Shown here piece after piece: positions 12,122-25,460 of a DNA stretch of 64,000 bases; position 1 is the stretch's first letter, and each line of letters starts with the position of its first letter. The position numbers and the translations under genes are program-made. The stretch covers positions 93,627,664-93,691,663 of the forward strand of contig NC_068981.1 of the NCBI RefSeq assembly GCF_001194135.2. Reading direction: 5' to 3'. The notes under the pieces are model-generated. The model ran no database searches. It was not told where the DNA came from and saw nothing but the letters and a program-made list of their open reading frames with translations. The stretch is from Octopus bimaculoides (taxonomy: Eukaryota).

Positions 12122-13258
12122 GTATATATATGTACATATATGTATATATTAACATGTATATTTATTTATATGTGTACGTGTGTGAGTATATATACGTGTG
12201 AATTTTTAATTAATAGGCACACCATATGGTCTAGGATATATAGAAGTTATTATAAATCATGTCATACATATATATTAAATATATCTTCCCAGTAGAAAGT
12301 TTTTGTGTTCCCTGCACATGTAGTCATAGAATCGCCGATTTAATACTTTCACCAGCGAGTAACAAACAAGGAGCTTTATGAAAATATTACATCTATACTA
12401 GGTTGGAGAAATATAATAATAAAAACCGAAATGAATTCGAAGGTGCCGAGATTAACTTTACCTTTTATTTATTTATTTATTTATTGCAAAGTAGGTCTTA
12501 TGTGGGAAGTTGTCAAATATTTGAAATTAAGTAACAGTAAAGAATATAGTAGAAATAGTAGGAAAATAGATCTAGCGATATTGACAAGAAAAAATGTGTA
12601 AAACACCTTCGTAAAGATCTTATTAAACATGAAATGAATATATGCTAAAGGAAATAATAATAGAAAGAAATAATGAAATATAATGATGGCTAAAAACACT
12701 CGAAAACACATTACTGTTATATATATTGAAGTAAATATACGTAAATTAAATACATCTTTTTCAGATACACTTTTGTTTTTGTCGGCCCCGTAGCTGTAAA
12801 TTAGCGGTATTGAGCTTTCAAGTAGTAACACAACTGAGAATCATAGCTAATATAGAACCGTAAAAATGTAACAATTAAACCGAAAAGTAATGAAAGAGAC
12901 GGAAAATATCAAGAATTGTACGTCTTTGATTCGAAGAGGAACAATAATTGTGCGTTACGGTTTTCTCTTTGCAAATTGCTTGCCAATGCATCACACTAGG
13001 TATTTTTATGCGTCGAGTTTTAAAAGCATTCTTTAATATATCTATATAATTACCTTAATATCTATGATATTATTTTATTATTTAGAGTCATTTTTGTTTC
13101 CGCTATCATTTTATTTCATTGCAATTCAGTGTATTATTTCTCCCAAGAACTAATTTCGTGCTAATCACACTCTTTGCTAAGATACTTTGCAAGGAGAACT
13201 TTTTTTAAGAGATATTTATTTCAACTATTTCTATATTACTACAATAATACTTAGCAGC

Positions 13259-13524
13259 CTGTGTATCATACTTAAAGCAGAAACATTGTTGAAAGCCTTA
13301 TAAATTGTAGTATTCGTCTCAAGAAAGTATTCCTTATAGGTGTATAGTTTTGAAAAAATACTTGACACTGAGGAAGCACAGAGACGCAGAAATACCTACT
13401 TAGCTATGTCATCACGGCCGCTGGACAATTTTCGTCTGTTACTGATATTTTGTTGTCTTTTCGAGATAAATACAGCAGTCTATAAGGCTTTCAACAATAT
13501 ATCAGCTTTAAATATGATATACAG
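13259..13524. repeat. Foldback/MITE-like element with about 70-bp imperfect inverted arms
   Basis: 13259-13327 (ctgtgtatcatacttaaagcagaaacattgttgaaagccttata...) is complementary to 13457-13524. Confidence 0.7.
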
Positions 13525-13609
13525 ATTACTATTTTGAACAAATACTGTTTCTATTACTAATAACGAATAATACTTAATTATGTAAGTTTATTTTTAATCC
13601 GTTTGAAAT

Positions 13610-13748
13610 ACTGGTTTCAAATTTTGGCACAAGACCAGTAATTTCAGGTCTGAGTAAGTCGATTACATCGGTCCCCTCTCTCTGTGCTCAACTGGTGCAT
13701 ATTTTATCGACCCCGAAATTTGAAAGGCAAATTCAAACTCGGTGGAAT
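13610..13748 (-). mobile_element. tRNA-derived SINE family B, 5'-truncated
   Basis: aagtcgattacatcg...tttatcgaccccgaaa...aaaggcaaa matches the 58316 and 35623 copies. Confidence 0.75.
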
Positions 13749-14032
13749 AATCAGTTTAAAATATTAACTGCAGACATATGACGTTTTGGTGACGTTCTTT
13801 TTTGCTAGTAAAGAAACACAATACTTGATATATTCCCTCTAATTTTATGGTGTTAATCGCTATATTTCACCAATCTTACCTGTAAACAGTAGTTTTCTTT
13901 TAAGGTTTTAACATCCACTTTAACATCCACTGATGAAACACCGCATCAATTAAATGCTTTTCTGGTCCAATTGCTCAAGGTACGAGTTTGAGTCTGGAGG
14001 AGACATATTACATACATATATACATATACATA

Positions 14033-14210
14033 GTCGCAAGTGTGGCTATGTGGTAATAAGATTGCTTCCAAGCTACTTGGTTCTGCGTTCAATCTCAATG
14101 CGCAACAACTTGGACAAGTGTCTTCTACTAAAGCCTTGAGCCGACCAAAAAGCCTTGTGAGTGGACTTGGCAGGCGGAAACTGAAAGAACCCCGTCGTAT
14201 GTGTATATGT

Positions 14211-14241
<31 letters not shown>

Positions 14242-14672
14242 NNNNNNNNNNNNNNNNNNNNNNNNNNNNNNNNNNNNNNNNNNNNNNNNNNNNNNNNNNN
14301 NNNNNNNNNNNNNNNNNNNNNNNNNNNNNNNNNNNNNNNNNNNNNNNNNNNNNNNNNNNNNNNNNNNNNNNNNNNNNNNNNNNNNNNNNNNNNNNNNNNN
14401 NNNNNNNNNNNNNNNNNNNNNNNNNNNNNNNNNNNNNNNNNNNNNNNNNNNNNNNNNNNNNNNNNNNNNNNNNNNNNNNNNNNNNNNNNNNNNNNNNNNN
14501 NNNNNNNNNNNNNNNNNNNNNNNNNNNNNNNNNNNNNNNNNNNNNNNNNNNNNNNNNNNNNNNNNNNNNNNNNNNNNNNNNNNNNNNNNNNNNNNNNNNN
14601 NNNNNNNNNNNNNNNNNNNNNNNNNNNNNNNNNNNNNNNNNNNNNNNNNNNNNNNNNNNNNNNNNNNNNNNN

Positions 14673-14726
<54 letters not shown>

Positions 14727-14900
14727 TTTTGTGTTTGCTGTGTTTATGTCTCTGTAACATTAGTGTGTTTGCAACAGAGACCGATATAATAAGGACCAGG
14801 CTTTTAAAAATAGACTCTGGGGTCGATTCATTCGACTAAAGATTCTTCAAGGTGATGCCCCGGCATGGCCACATTCTAATGACTTAAACCAGTGAAAGAT
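14033..14900 (+). mobile_element. CORE-like SINE family C spanning an assembly gap in its internal (TA)n
   Basis: Head and CORE segment at 14033-14200, gap at about 14242-14672, tail ...ggggtcgattcattcgactaaagattcttcaaggtgatgccccggcatggcc to about 14900. Confidence 0.9.
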
Positions 14901-15662
14901 TCGATTAAATATGTATCACATGATGTTATTTTTAAGCCCTTCCATTTGAAACATCATTATATTTAATTATATTATAATATTTCTCTAAACGTATATTCTT
15001 TCCATTCTTATCGGACTACTTGCTAACACGATTTACATGAAAATCCTATTGTCGTTATATATGCAAGATATTCTTTTTTCTATAGACGTGCGTCTATAAG
15101 TATGTACACGTATATATGTTCGTACGTCATTATATATTTGTATGCATTCATTTATATCACAGAATGATAAATCATAAAGAAGTTGCGAGTGCATGAGATA
15201 AAATCTTAGCCATACTTGTTCTTTTAATCCTGATCTAAGAAAGTCCATCCTGAACATCTTCAGCGCTGAAGCGAAGGATCATAAACTAAATACTGCAAAC
15301 GTATCTACATTTTCCGTTAATTCTACTTGCCCTCACCTTCTTACAGCGTTTTATTCTAAGAACCGTCTGTAACAGATTGTACTGAAATTGACAATTCACC
15401 TGCTCGTTGTGATTTATTTCTATAATTCCGACAGCATTGAAATCTTCTAACCTTTAGTCTATATATTACTTATATTTTGACTTCTAGGTTCATCAGTGAA
15501 AGATAGTCGTATATTTACATTTCTAAGAACATCTGTCTTTTGTTTCCCTATTTATCTTTCTAGATTTGTATGTTTTAATATATACATACATACAAACACA
15601 TGTACATATGCACATGCATATATACATATCCATTCAGATATACACACACACACACACACACA

Positions 15663-15748
<86 letters not shown>

Positions 15749-16399
15749 CAACTCTTTTCATATTATAAATACGTATTAACAAAGTATTTGTAATACGCCT
15801 TTATTTCTCTGTTGTTCTATATTCAGAATATTAATGAGTTGGTTATCTATAGACGTATCTACCAAATATATATACTTTCTATCTTAAACTGTTTATGAAC
15901 GTTTTACTCTGTAAACTACCGAAAATAAATACCAATTTATTACATTGACTTCCACCATAAATATGTCGCCTTCAAGAAAGCAACATATTTATGAAGAAAA
16001 TGGGCTGCAACAACCTTAGGCAAGTGGAAACAATATTTTAGCTCAGAACATGAAGAAATGAAGTACAAGGAGCGATCCAGTTGTTGCGAGTTTAACTTTG
16101 TGGAAATGTTAAAAATCCTTATCGCTGTTTCAAGGGTCTATATTGTTCGTCTTTTTATGTACTAATCATATCATGGGCAAGATTGAATCAATTAAGGTCA
16201 CTTCACAAAAAATAGTGCTTGTTAGTTGAGGCAATGTTAGTTGAGAAAGACAGTTAAACAGTTTAGAATTTGTTTCGGCTGTTTAGAATTAAAATCCCAC
16301 CACCTAAAACATTCTGTGTTCCCAGTATATCTTGTTAGAGAAATGTATGATTGCTCGATCATCTTTAACAATTGCAATTCATACGCAGGATCCGCAACT

Positions 16400-16590
16400 T
16401 GGTTACTCAAAGTGCTAAAATAGCGAATACATCTTCCTCAAATCACATCCTACTACCAAAAAATAACAGCTAAAAATACATCAGATAATGTAGTTAAAGG
16501 CACATTATGCTTCGAAAAAAGACGAGGTGATCAGAAATAGAACATTTTTGTATTAGTTCTTAGCCTGAATCGACTTAGGGTTATTTAACA
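16400..16590 (+). repeat. Dispersed repeat fragment shared with 63130-63310 (unclassified, probably a retroposon tail)
   Basis: tgctaaaatagc...tcaaatcacatcctac at both loci; diverged. Confidence 0.45.
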
Positions 16591-16654
16591 ATATCATTAA
16601 TGCTTGATCGGAACGCTTTTTAAAAATCCCCTTATGTTCTTTATTACGACATGT

Positions 16655-17033
16655 TGTTGGCACTCCGTCGCTTACGACGTCGAGGGTTCCAGTTGATCCG
16701 ATCAATAGAACAGCCTGCTCGTGAAATTAACGTACAAGTGACTGAGCACTCCACAGACACGTGTACCCTTAACGTAGTTCTCGGGATATTCAGCGTGACA
16801 CAGTCTGACAAGGCTGGCCCTTTGAATTACAGGCACAACAGAAACAGGAAGAAAGAGTGAGAGGAAGTTGTGGTGAAAGAGTACAGCAGGATTTGCCGCC
16901 ATCCCCTGCTGGAGCCTCGTGGAGCTTTAGGTGTTTTCGCTCAATAAACACTCACAATGCCTGATCTGGGAATCGAAACCGTCATCCTATGACCGCGAAT
17001 CCGCTGCCCTAACCACTGGGCCATTGCGCCTCC
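16655..17033 (-). mobile_element. SINE family A, full length with 12-bp target-site duplication
   Basis: TSD attacgacatgt at 16643-16654 and 17034-17045; A/B-box head at the right end. Confidence 0.95.
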
Positions 17034-18079
17034 ATTACGACATGTAATACTCTAAAACGTCAATTTGTCTAGAAGTTATGACGTACTTTGTAGTTTTAAG
17101 TAACTGTAAATGGATATGTTGATATTTAGCTCCACTTCAGCTTGATGTAGCAGAGACTTTTACCCTATGTCTCTGTTCCTCTTTTTAAGACTCCCTATTG
17201 TAATATGGAGGAGACTGAGCTGCTATTTAAAGCAATTCTTATAAAACTGTTGGAAGGTTGATAAAAAATGCTCTTTATTAATAAAGTATGAATATGATTG
17301 AAATAATATCATTTCTTCTTTCCTTTTCCCAGTGGCAGTATATACAAGTTTTAATCAAAGCGCAGGACTGGATTGGGCTAGCTGGCAGCTTACACTGCAA
17401 GGATTACCGCAAAATATTAACAAATGCGGTTGAATAATATATCTATATATACATACAATTCGTACATACACACATGTATGTATGTATGTATGACAGGCTA
17501 TCTTTTTGACTGGACAAACATACATGTTTGCGACAAGTCAGTCATCATTTTACTAAATAACATGATTATGACTTGTATTTCATCAATTTATGTTCATTTC
17601 GTTTAAGCAACTGGTTGTCGATCTGATATTTCTAACGTGACTAATAGCTCTCACTCATCACTTCTAGCTTTGATTCCGCTTATATTTGACATTATTCTCA
17701 TTATTTTTTTTAAATGTTTAACTATTATTACTATTATTGTTATTTTTGTTTTGGTTTTGGTGTCGTTGATGCTAATTGAAAGCTAAGAGGAAAAAGATAT
17801 TTTGTAATCATTTTGGCCAATTATTTTCATTCCATTAAAGAAACTTCATACAAGGAGCCAAATAATTGCTACTTAAATTAATTTGAAGTCTTAGCCAATC
17901 AGTTTTAAATTCTGAAAGTGACTTCCATTCGCGTGATATAATTATTTTTGTCGATAATGTAGTTTCCACTACGATGCTTCGAGTAATTCTCAAAGTTTAG
18001 ACAATTCAATTCTATATTCCTGATCATCGATAAATTCTCCTTCGGATGTTAAAATAAAAACTAAGTGCACATATGGTGT

Positions 18080-18230
18080 AAGACATGGCCATGTGGTTAA
18101 GAAATTAGTTTCGCAGCCTAGTGGTTCGAGTTCAACGCTATTGCGCAGTATCTTGGAAAAGTGGTTTCCAACTCAGCCTCGATTTGATAGAGCCTTGAGA
18201 GTGAGATCTGGTGAATACAAACAGTGAAAT
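18080..18230 (+). mobile_element. Old diverged SINE family C head and CORE segment
   Basis: atggccatgtggttaagaaattag...ggttcgagttcaac...gagccttgagagtgagatctggtg. Confidence 0.6.
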
Positions 18231-18618
18231 CTTAAAGGTTGTACTTTTTCTCACTATAATTTGTGTTTCACAGCGACCAAAAATTCTAAGTTTATTTCTT
18301 TTTAAAGAGCAGTATAAAGTAGTATGAACATATTAATTAATGGTGCTAGCAGGCTTCATAGATTACTTGATGTATGTAAATGAGATCGACCAGTTTAGTT
18401 GACTCCTAATTTGTATAAATTCTTCATAGCCATGAGCTACTAAATTGTCGTTGACAAATGGTGGCTATTCTCTCATTGATGAATATCTAATAAGACCAGA
18501 ATCTTCCTGCCCACCAAGTGATAAAAGCTTTGATGTAACTACTTTGTTTACTTGTGACATGGAAGCCAAAATGTTATGCAGTGCACTACGAGTTACACAG
18601 ATATATATATGAAAATAA

Positions 18619-18652
<34 letters not shown>

Positions 18653-19333
18653 NNNNNNNNNNNNNNNNNNNNNNNNNNNNNNNNNNNNNNNNNNNNNNNN
18701 NNNNNNNNNNNNNNNNNNNNNNNNNNNNNNNNNNNNNNNNNNNNNNNNNNNNNNNNNNNNNNNNNNNNNNNNNNNNNNNNNNNNNNNNNNNNNNNNNNNN
18801 NNNNNNNNNNNNNNNNNNNNNNNNNNNNNNNNNNNNNNNNNNNNNNNNNNNNNNNNNNNNNNNNNNNNNNNNNNNNNNNNNNNNNNNNNNNNNNNNNNNN
18901 NNNNNNNNNNNNNNNNNNNNNNNNNNNNNNNNNNNNNNNNNNNNNNNNNNNNNNNNNNNNNNNNNNNNNNNNNNNNNNNNNNNNNNNNNNNNNNNNNNNN
19001 NNNNNNNNNNNNNNNNNNNNNNNNNNNNNNNNNNNNNNNNNNNNNNNNNNNNNNNNNNNNNNNNNNNNNNNNNNNNNNNNNNNNNNNNNNNNNNNNNNNN
19101 NNNNNNNNNNNNNNNNNNNNNNNNNNNNNNNNNNNNNNNNNNNNNNNNNNNNNNNNNNNNNNNNNNNNNNNNNNNNNNNNNNNNNNNNNNNNNNNNNNNN
19201 NNNNNNNNNNNNNNNNNNNNNNNNNNNNNNNNNNNNNNNNNNNNNNNNNNNNNNNNNNNNNNNNNNNNNNNNNNNNNNNNNNNNNNNNNNNNNNNNNNNN
19301 NNNNNNNNNNNNNNNTATATATGTATGTATGTA

Positions 19334-19390
<57 letters not shown>

Positions 19391-19822
19391 GTATATATAT
19401 ATATATATATACTCCTCTGTGTATGTATTTTGCTACGAAGTGTAGAGTTACATATTCCACTTACCTGATGAAGGTTATGAAAAATACAGCTTCTGCCTTG
19501 TCTGAACGAGTATTTCATTTCTAAGATACATTTGCAATCGTTTTACTTTTCCTTATTATATTATTATATTTATCTAACTCTCTGTGCATATATATATATA
19601 TATATAATATATATATATATACTTTTCTTATAAGGATATCATTATATATAATATCTTTTAAGTTAATGAAATCTTCAGGAAGCTCCCCATTATATAATAC
19701 AGCCCAACAAATGATGCATGAACTCCGATTTGTACTTAGATTTCTGTCACACCAATATCTCAAAGTCATGTAGTTGAATCGAGGAGATGCATTTAGTAGA
19801 GAAGTATAGATTAAAAATATTA

Positions 19823-20033
19823 ATTTCAAATTGTGGAACAAGGCCAGAAATTGTGAGGAAGAGCGCAAGTCGATTATATCGATCCCAGTACTCAACTTGT
19901 ACTTAATTTATCGATCCTGAAATTTGAATGGTAAGCTCGACCTTGACGACATTTGAACTCAGAAGGTAAAGTCAGAAGAAATGCATCTAAGCATTTTCCC
20001 CGGCGCAGTAACGATTCTTCAAGCTCGCCACCT
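19823..20033 (-). mobile_element. SINE family B, near full length, diverged
   Basis: ttcaaattgtggaacaaggccagaaatt...aagtcgattatatcgatcccag...aagcattttccccggcgc...gctcgccacct. Confidence 0.85.
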
Positions 20034-20674
20034 TCTAAAAGTATTGTCATTTATTACAAATTTTGCTTTGAAGTGGATCGAACATTTACATTTTCCTAAA
20101 TATGTTTTATACTTTGGGTGGAGGCGAAGAAAGTTAGAGTGTTTTCATGTTTCACTTAAAAGCCATCTGCACGCTTTATATTAGCACTTTTAAGAAATGG
20201 AAAACGTCGCCCCTTGTGTTAACACTCCTCGCAGTTGCCACCAACATGGTTTTGTGTATCGCTGCAGCATGGGAACTGTCTTTACAAAGGCGGAGTCTTC
20301 TCGGTTTCTTGTGTATGAATTTTTCGTGGAACAGAATTCCAAAACAGAACAGATTCTTAGCATTATAACTTATCTAGAGTTAATTTTTCTGATGACAATA
20401 GCCACGGAAATTCATTCACAAACGTTGTTGCAGCTACAGTGTCAGTACTAAGCCTCTAACTTATGTACCGAAATACTATGTACCGAAATACCATGTCTCC
20501 GATTAAACTTGTGCAACAATACTTGAAAATATTCACGGTCATATTTTACCTTTAGTTCTCTATAACTTTGACTTGCTTCATATACAACGCCTAAAAAATT
20601 TTAATCGTTCATTAGGTCGTAGTTTAAAACAATTTATAAGTATGCTGCCAAATTACGATACTCTTGGTGATTAA

Positions 20675-20894
20675 GGTAAGTTCATCGCCATTAATTCATC
20701 GGAAGGAAAGTTCACTGCTATCAATTCATCGTGAAGAAAGTTCACCATGAGGAAAGTTTACCTCGAGGAAAGTTTACCGAGAAATATATATTCCTAGTGT
20801 CTCACCGCTAATAGTTTAAACTATTTTTTAAAGAAAACAGTGAATTGATGACGGTGAATTTTCCATGCGGTGAATTGATGACGGGGAACTTACC
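20675..20894. mobile_element. Unclassified MITE with internally repetitive inverted termini
   Basis: Left ggtaagttcatcgccattaattcatcg...aaagttcacc mirrors right ggtgaattttcc...ggtgaattgatgacggggaacttacc; short subrepeats. Confidence 0.65.
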
Positions 20895-23465
20895 GTGCAT
20901 GACTCCTGGTACCTTTCAACGATTTCCGAACCATCAAATTTTTCCTACTTAGATTTCCAGAAAAAAACTTCCGCTCCTTTTTTTTTGCTGCTTTTTAAAT
21001 GATACACAATTGATGGTTTAAACCTATAGTACTCTCATAAAAAATCTTTACTCATGTTGATTCCTCTTATGCCTTCGGGAAGTATACATTTTCTATTTGT
21101 AATAATGATTTACTGTTACATTTATTAACACCATCGCCATCCATTGCATCTGTTAGTTTCTTGGATGACATCTTCAAGGGCTAAAATTCAGCTAAATATC
21201 AAAAATAAGAAGGAACGTATCACCAAAATGTTTCGCTGCGGTAAACAAAGTTAGGGACTCGGAGCTGCTAACAGCGCAGTCTTGGTGACAAATCATCCAG
21301 TTGTTAGTGTTATATTCAAAAGACTGCCGAACCATAGAATTTTCCCGACATACATGTGAAATAGAATATACCCAAATATATTCATTTATACATGGACACA
21401 TATACACTTCTATCAAGTATTCATACTATTTTTACTGTACTTAATATTAATATAGATACGGACTGATACACATACAAAGTAGTTTATATAGTTTTACATG
21501 TGTGTGTGTTTGCGTGTGTGTGTGTGTGTGTGTGTGCGTGTGTGTGTGTGCGTGTGTGAATGTATGTATGTATGTATGTATACTTCATACATACATTTAA
21601 ATATTTTTAAAAAGAGCGGTAAATAAATATAAAATTAAAATTATTTAAAGTCTGCGAACTTTGAAGTTCGGTAAACTTATATAGTCGAGTGCATTTGAAT
21701 TAAAAGTTAGAATTGACACTCAGAACGTCAAATTCCATAACTGAAGTTGAAAATGCCATTATATATTACTAGAAGAATTTTTACATTTCGTCTGACAATC
21801 TTTTGATTCTGCCATGAGTTAATAATGTCATTTGACAAGGAATTATAAAATAAGCGCTTACCTCACACAAATTTGTCTATATTAATCTAACGTAAAATAT
21901 TTTGCGAATTACGTTGGAACATTTCGATTAATAACACTTTTTATGGATAATACAAAACGAAGTGGTGTAATATAAGAGCGTGAAGTTTGTTTTGGCATCA
22001 TTTCATTTTGAGAAATCTCTGCTTTTTTATCTGGGTTGTTTTAGTTATTACATTGAAATTTTTACTTTGAGACGAATCCATATAAAATTTTCTCGCAGAC
22101 AATGTCTAATCGATTAATCAATTTAATTTCTCGCTGGTGGCTATTGGTGAATATTTCGTCTCATAGTGATATATATTAAACAAACACAGGCACAAACAAA
22201 TGTACACATATGTGCATACACAGACACAAATACATATATACATACACACATATTTATATATATATGTATGTATTATGTATATAAGTATATATATATATAT
22301 ACATATATATATACGTCTATACACATATATATACACATATATATACATATATATATACGTATATATACATATATATAGTATACATATATGTGTGTATATA
22401 TATACATATATATATACACACTTATGTATATATATATGTGTGTATATATATACATATATGTATGTATACATATATATATATGCATATATATATATATATA
22501 TATATATATANNNNNNNNNNNNNNNNNNNNNNNNNNNNNNNNNNNNNNNNNNNNNNNNNNNNNNNNNNNNNNNNNNNNNNNNNNNNNNNNNNNNNNNNNN
22601 NNNNNNNNNNNNNNNNNNNNNNNNNNNNNNNNNNNNNNNNNNNNNNNNNNNNNNNNNNNNNNNNNNNNNNNNNNNNNNNNNNNNNNNNNNNNNNNNNNNN
22701 NNNNNNNNNNNNNNNNNNNNNNNNNNNNNNNNNNNNNNNNNNNNNNNNNNNNNNNNNNNNNNNNNNNNNNNNNNNNNNNNNNNNNNNNNNNNNNNNNNNN
22801 NNNNNNNNNNNNNNNNNNNNNNNNNNNNNNNNNNNNNNNNNNNNNNNNNNNNNNNNNNNNNNNNNNNNNNNNNNNNNNNNNNNNNNNNNNNNNNNNNNNN
22901 NNNNNNNNNNNNNNNNNNNNNNNNNNNNNNNNNNNNNNNNNNNNNNNNNNNNNNNNNNNNNNNNNNNNNNNNNNNNNNNNNNNNNNNNNNNNNNNNNNNN
23001 NNNNNNNNNNNNNNNNNNNNNNNNNNNNNNNNNNNNNNNNNNNNNNNNNNNNNNNNNNNNNNNNNNNNNNNNNNNNNNNNNNNNNNNNNNNNNNNNNNNN
23101 NNNNNNNNNNNNNNNNNNNNNNNNNNNNNNNNNNNNNNNNNNNNNNNNNNNNNNNNNNNNNNNNNNNNNNNNNNNNNNNNNNNNNNNNNNNNNNNNNNNN
23201 NNNNNNNNNNNNNNNNNNNNNNNNNNNNNNNNNNNNNNNNNNNNNNNNNNNNNNNNNNNNNNNNNNNNNNNNNNNNNNNNNNNNNNNNNNNNNNNNNNNN
23301 NNNNNNNNNNNNNNNNNNNNNNNNNNNNNNNNNNNNNNNNNNNNNNNNNNNNNNNNNNNNNNNNNNNNNNNNNNNNNNNNNNNNNNNNNNNNNNNNNNNN
23401 NNNNNNNNNNNNNNNNNNNNNNNNNNNNNNNNNNNNNNNNNNNNNNNNNNNNNNNNNNNNNNNNN

Positions 23466-23516
<51 letters not shown>

Positions 23517-23519
<3 letters not shown>

Positions 23520-23662
23520 GGTGGGCTTCTTTCAGTTTCTGTCTACTAAATCTATTCAGTAGGCTTCGGTCGACCCAAAACTATAGTGTCACGCAATGGG
23601 ATTGAACCTGGTACCACGTGGTTGTGAAGCAAGCTTCTTGCCACACAGCCACACTTCTGCCT
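23517..23662 (-). mobile_element. SINE family C head and partial CORE segment, abutting (TA)n and a gap
   Basis: gggcttctttcagtttctgtctactaaatc...gggattgaacctgg...gcaagcttcttgccacacagcc. Confidence 0.8.
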
Positions 23663-25074
23663 AGTGTTTTTCAAATTCCCGCACATAAAGCAAGCTGTTT
23701 CTAATAATTCATTATTTCTATATCCAAATTTGTCTTCGTTTTTCCCAGCGCCGCATTAAAACTTTGAGATATGAAAGTTTGAACAAATGATGGAAATCAG
23801 TGTTGGAAGCAAAATTTTAGAAGAGCAGAAGTTCACCACTCAATTAATGAGCACAAATGTCCGGGGAACTAATCACAATATTTAGTTTAGATTTTATGAG
23901 AAATTTCAAAATCTGAAACACACAGACGAGTATATGGAGTAGCTTCGAGAGAATCAAATACAAAGCCAGCCTAAAGTCTACTGAAAATTAGTTAATAAGT
24001 GGGGAATATTTAATAATTTTGCAATTAATTTTTATTGTTACTTTTGGAATTATGGTGTAGTGGTCTTGTTTCTCCACTATTATTAATCATTATTGACCAG
24101 GGACACGTCAGCATATATTATTCTACACGAATGAAAGCGAAATCAAAACAGAATGTCATCGCATGTCGATAGCCCATAGAAATCAGATTTGCCGATTGTC
24201 TATTGTCTTCAAAGCTAGCTTGGATGCCATTAATCAAAATAATGTGCGCCATTCCAGATATAATGCGATAATAACTCTATTATATTGTCCATTTTCGTTG
24301 AAACTATAGTTTAAGCTTCTGATCGAAAAAGAACTTATGTGTGAGTAGTTATGTCAATTTTATCATTTGATAAACTTTACGTAGAAAATGTAATTTTATG
24401 AAGTAAATTACATTAGTGCTATAGGTCTTCTCAACAGGATTATTATCAAAATATTAACACAGATTTCTTTGTGCTCTTTGCTTAACAAAGAATAGATTTC
24501 GGAACATGTATTGCAACAAATACGCTTCATTCAATGAATATTAGTTATTGTGAGAATATATAAACGTTAAATATTACATATGTTAAGAAGCAGCTGTTAC
24601 AACTCATTATAGAATTCAAATTGCTACTATTTGTGTTTCTGAGATATTGATATATTTATGCTGTGTATCTATGTACTAGAAAGAGATTTTGCTTATGATA
24701 ATGTTTGATGTCGACGATGTTCATTCAGTTGTTCGAGCTACTACTTGTACAATCAACGCATAAGCTGCTGAGTATTCCATGAAAACCTGTTGCTGTACTT
24801 GTCTGGCGGAATTAAGCTGAAAAGGTCGAGGCTAGAAATGAGGGTAAAAGAAAAAAGGAAGAAGAAACCACCCCACTAGTGAACTAGTAACTTTATTTAT
24901 CCCTAGGGAAATGAAGGCTAGGTTTCACCTCGGCTAGTTTCTAACTAAGGGTGACTTTAGCTGGAACGAATAATGCAAAGCACTCTGTCTTAAATGTTCT
25001 GCAAATTTGCAACCTTGATCTTAGTCAAGTTGGAATGAGTGTTACATCTCTCATATAAATATATAAGCAAAAAG

Positions 25075-25460
25075 CAAAAACACAGCAAGCTGGTAAAATC
25101 GACGTTGCCTTCCATTTTTATGGGTTTGATAAGTACCAGTTGTTCAGTGGACTCGATGCAATCGACTAACCCCTTCCCCACTAAAATTGTTGACCTTGTG
25201 ACAAAATTTGAAATCATATGTACCTAACCAAACACATTTATCTACGCATCATATCGGTTAAAATCAAAGGGCAGTAGGTTGGCAGAATAGTTAAAACATA
25301 GGGCAAAATGCCTTACACGGGTCTTAAGGTACTAATCACAAATCCCACAGTGGTCTACTTTACTTTTCAACTATTGAGTGTCGATAAACAAGTATTTGAG
25401 TCGATTTGATCTTGCAATCCTTCTTATCAAAACTATTGTCCTTGAATCTAAATTAGAAGC
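25075..25460 (+). mobile_element. Two adjacent diverged SINE family B fragments (about 25075-25210 and 25268-25460)
   Basis: gataagtaccagttg...tcgatgcaatcgactaaccccttcccc...gaccttgtgacaaaatttgaa, then a degraded head ggcagtaggttggcagaatagtta. Confidence 0.6.
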
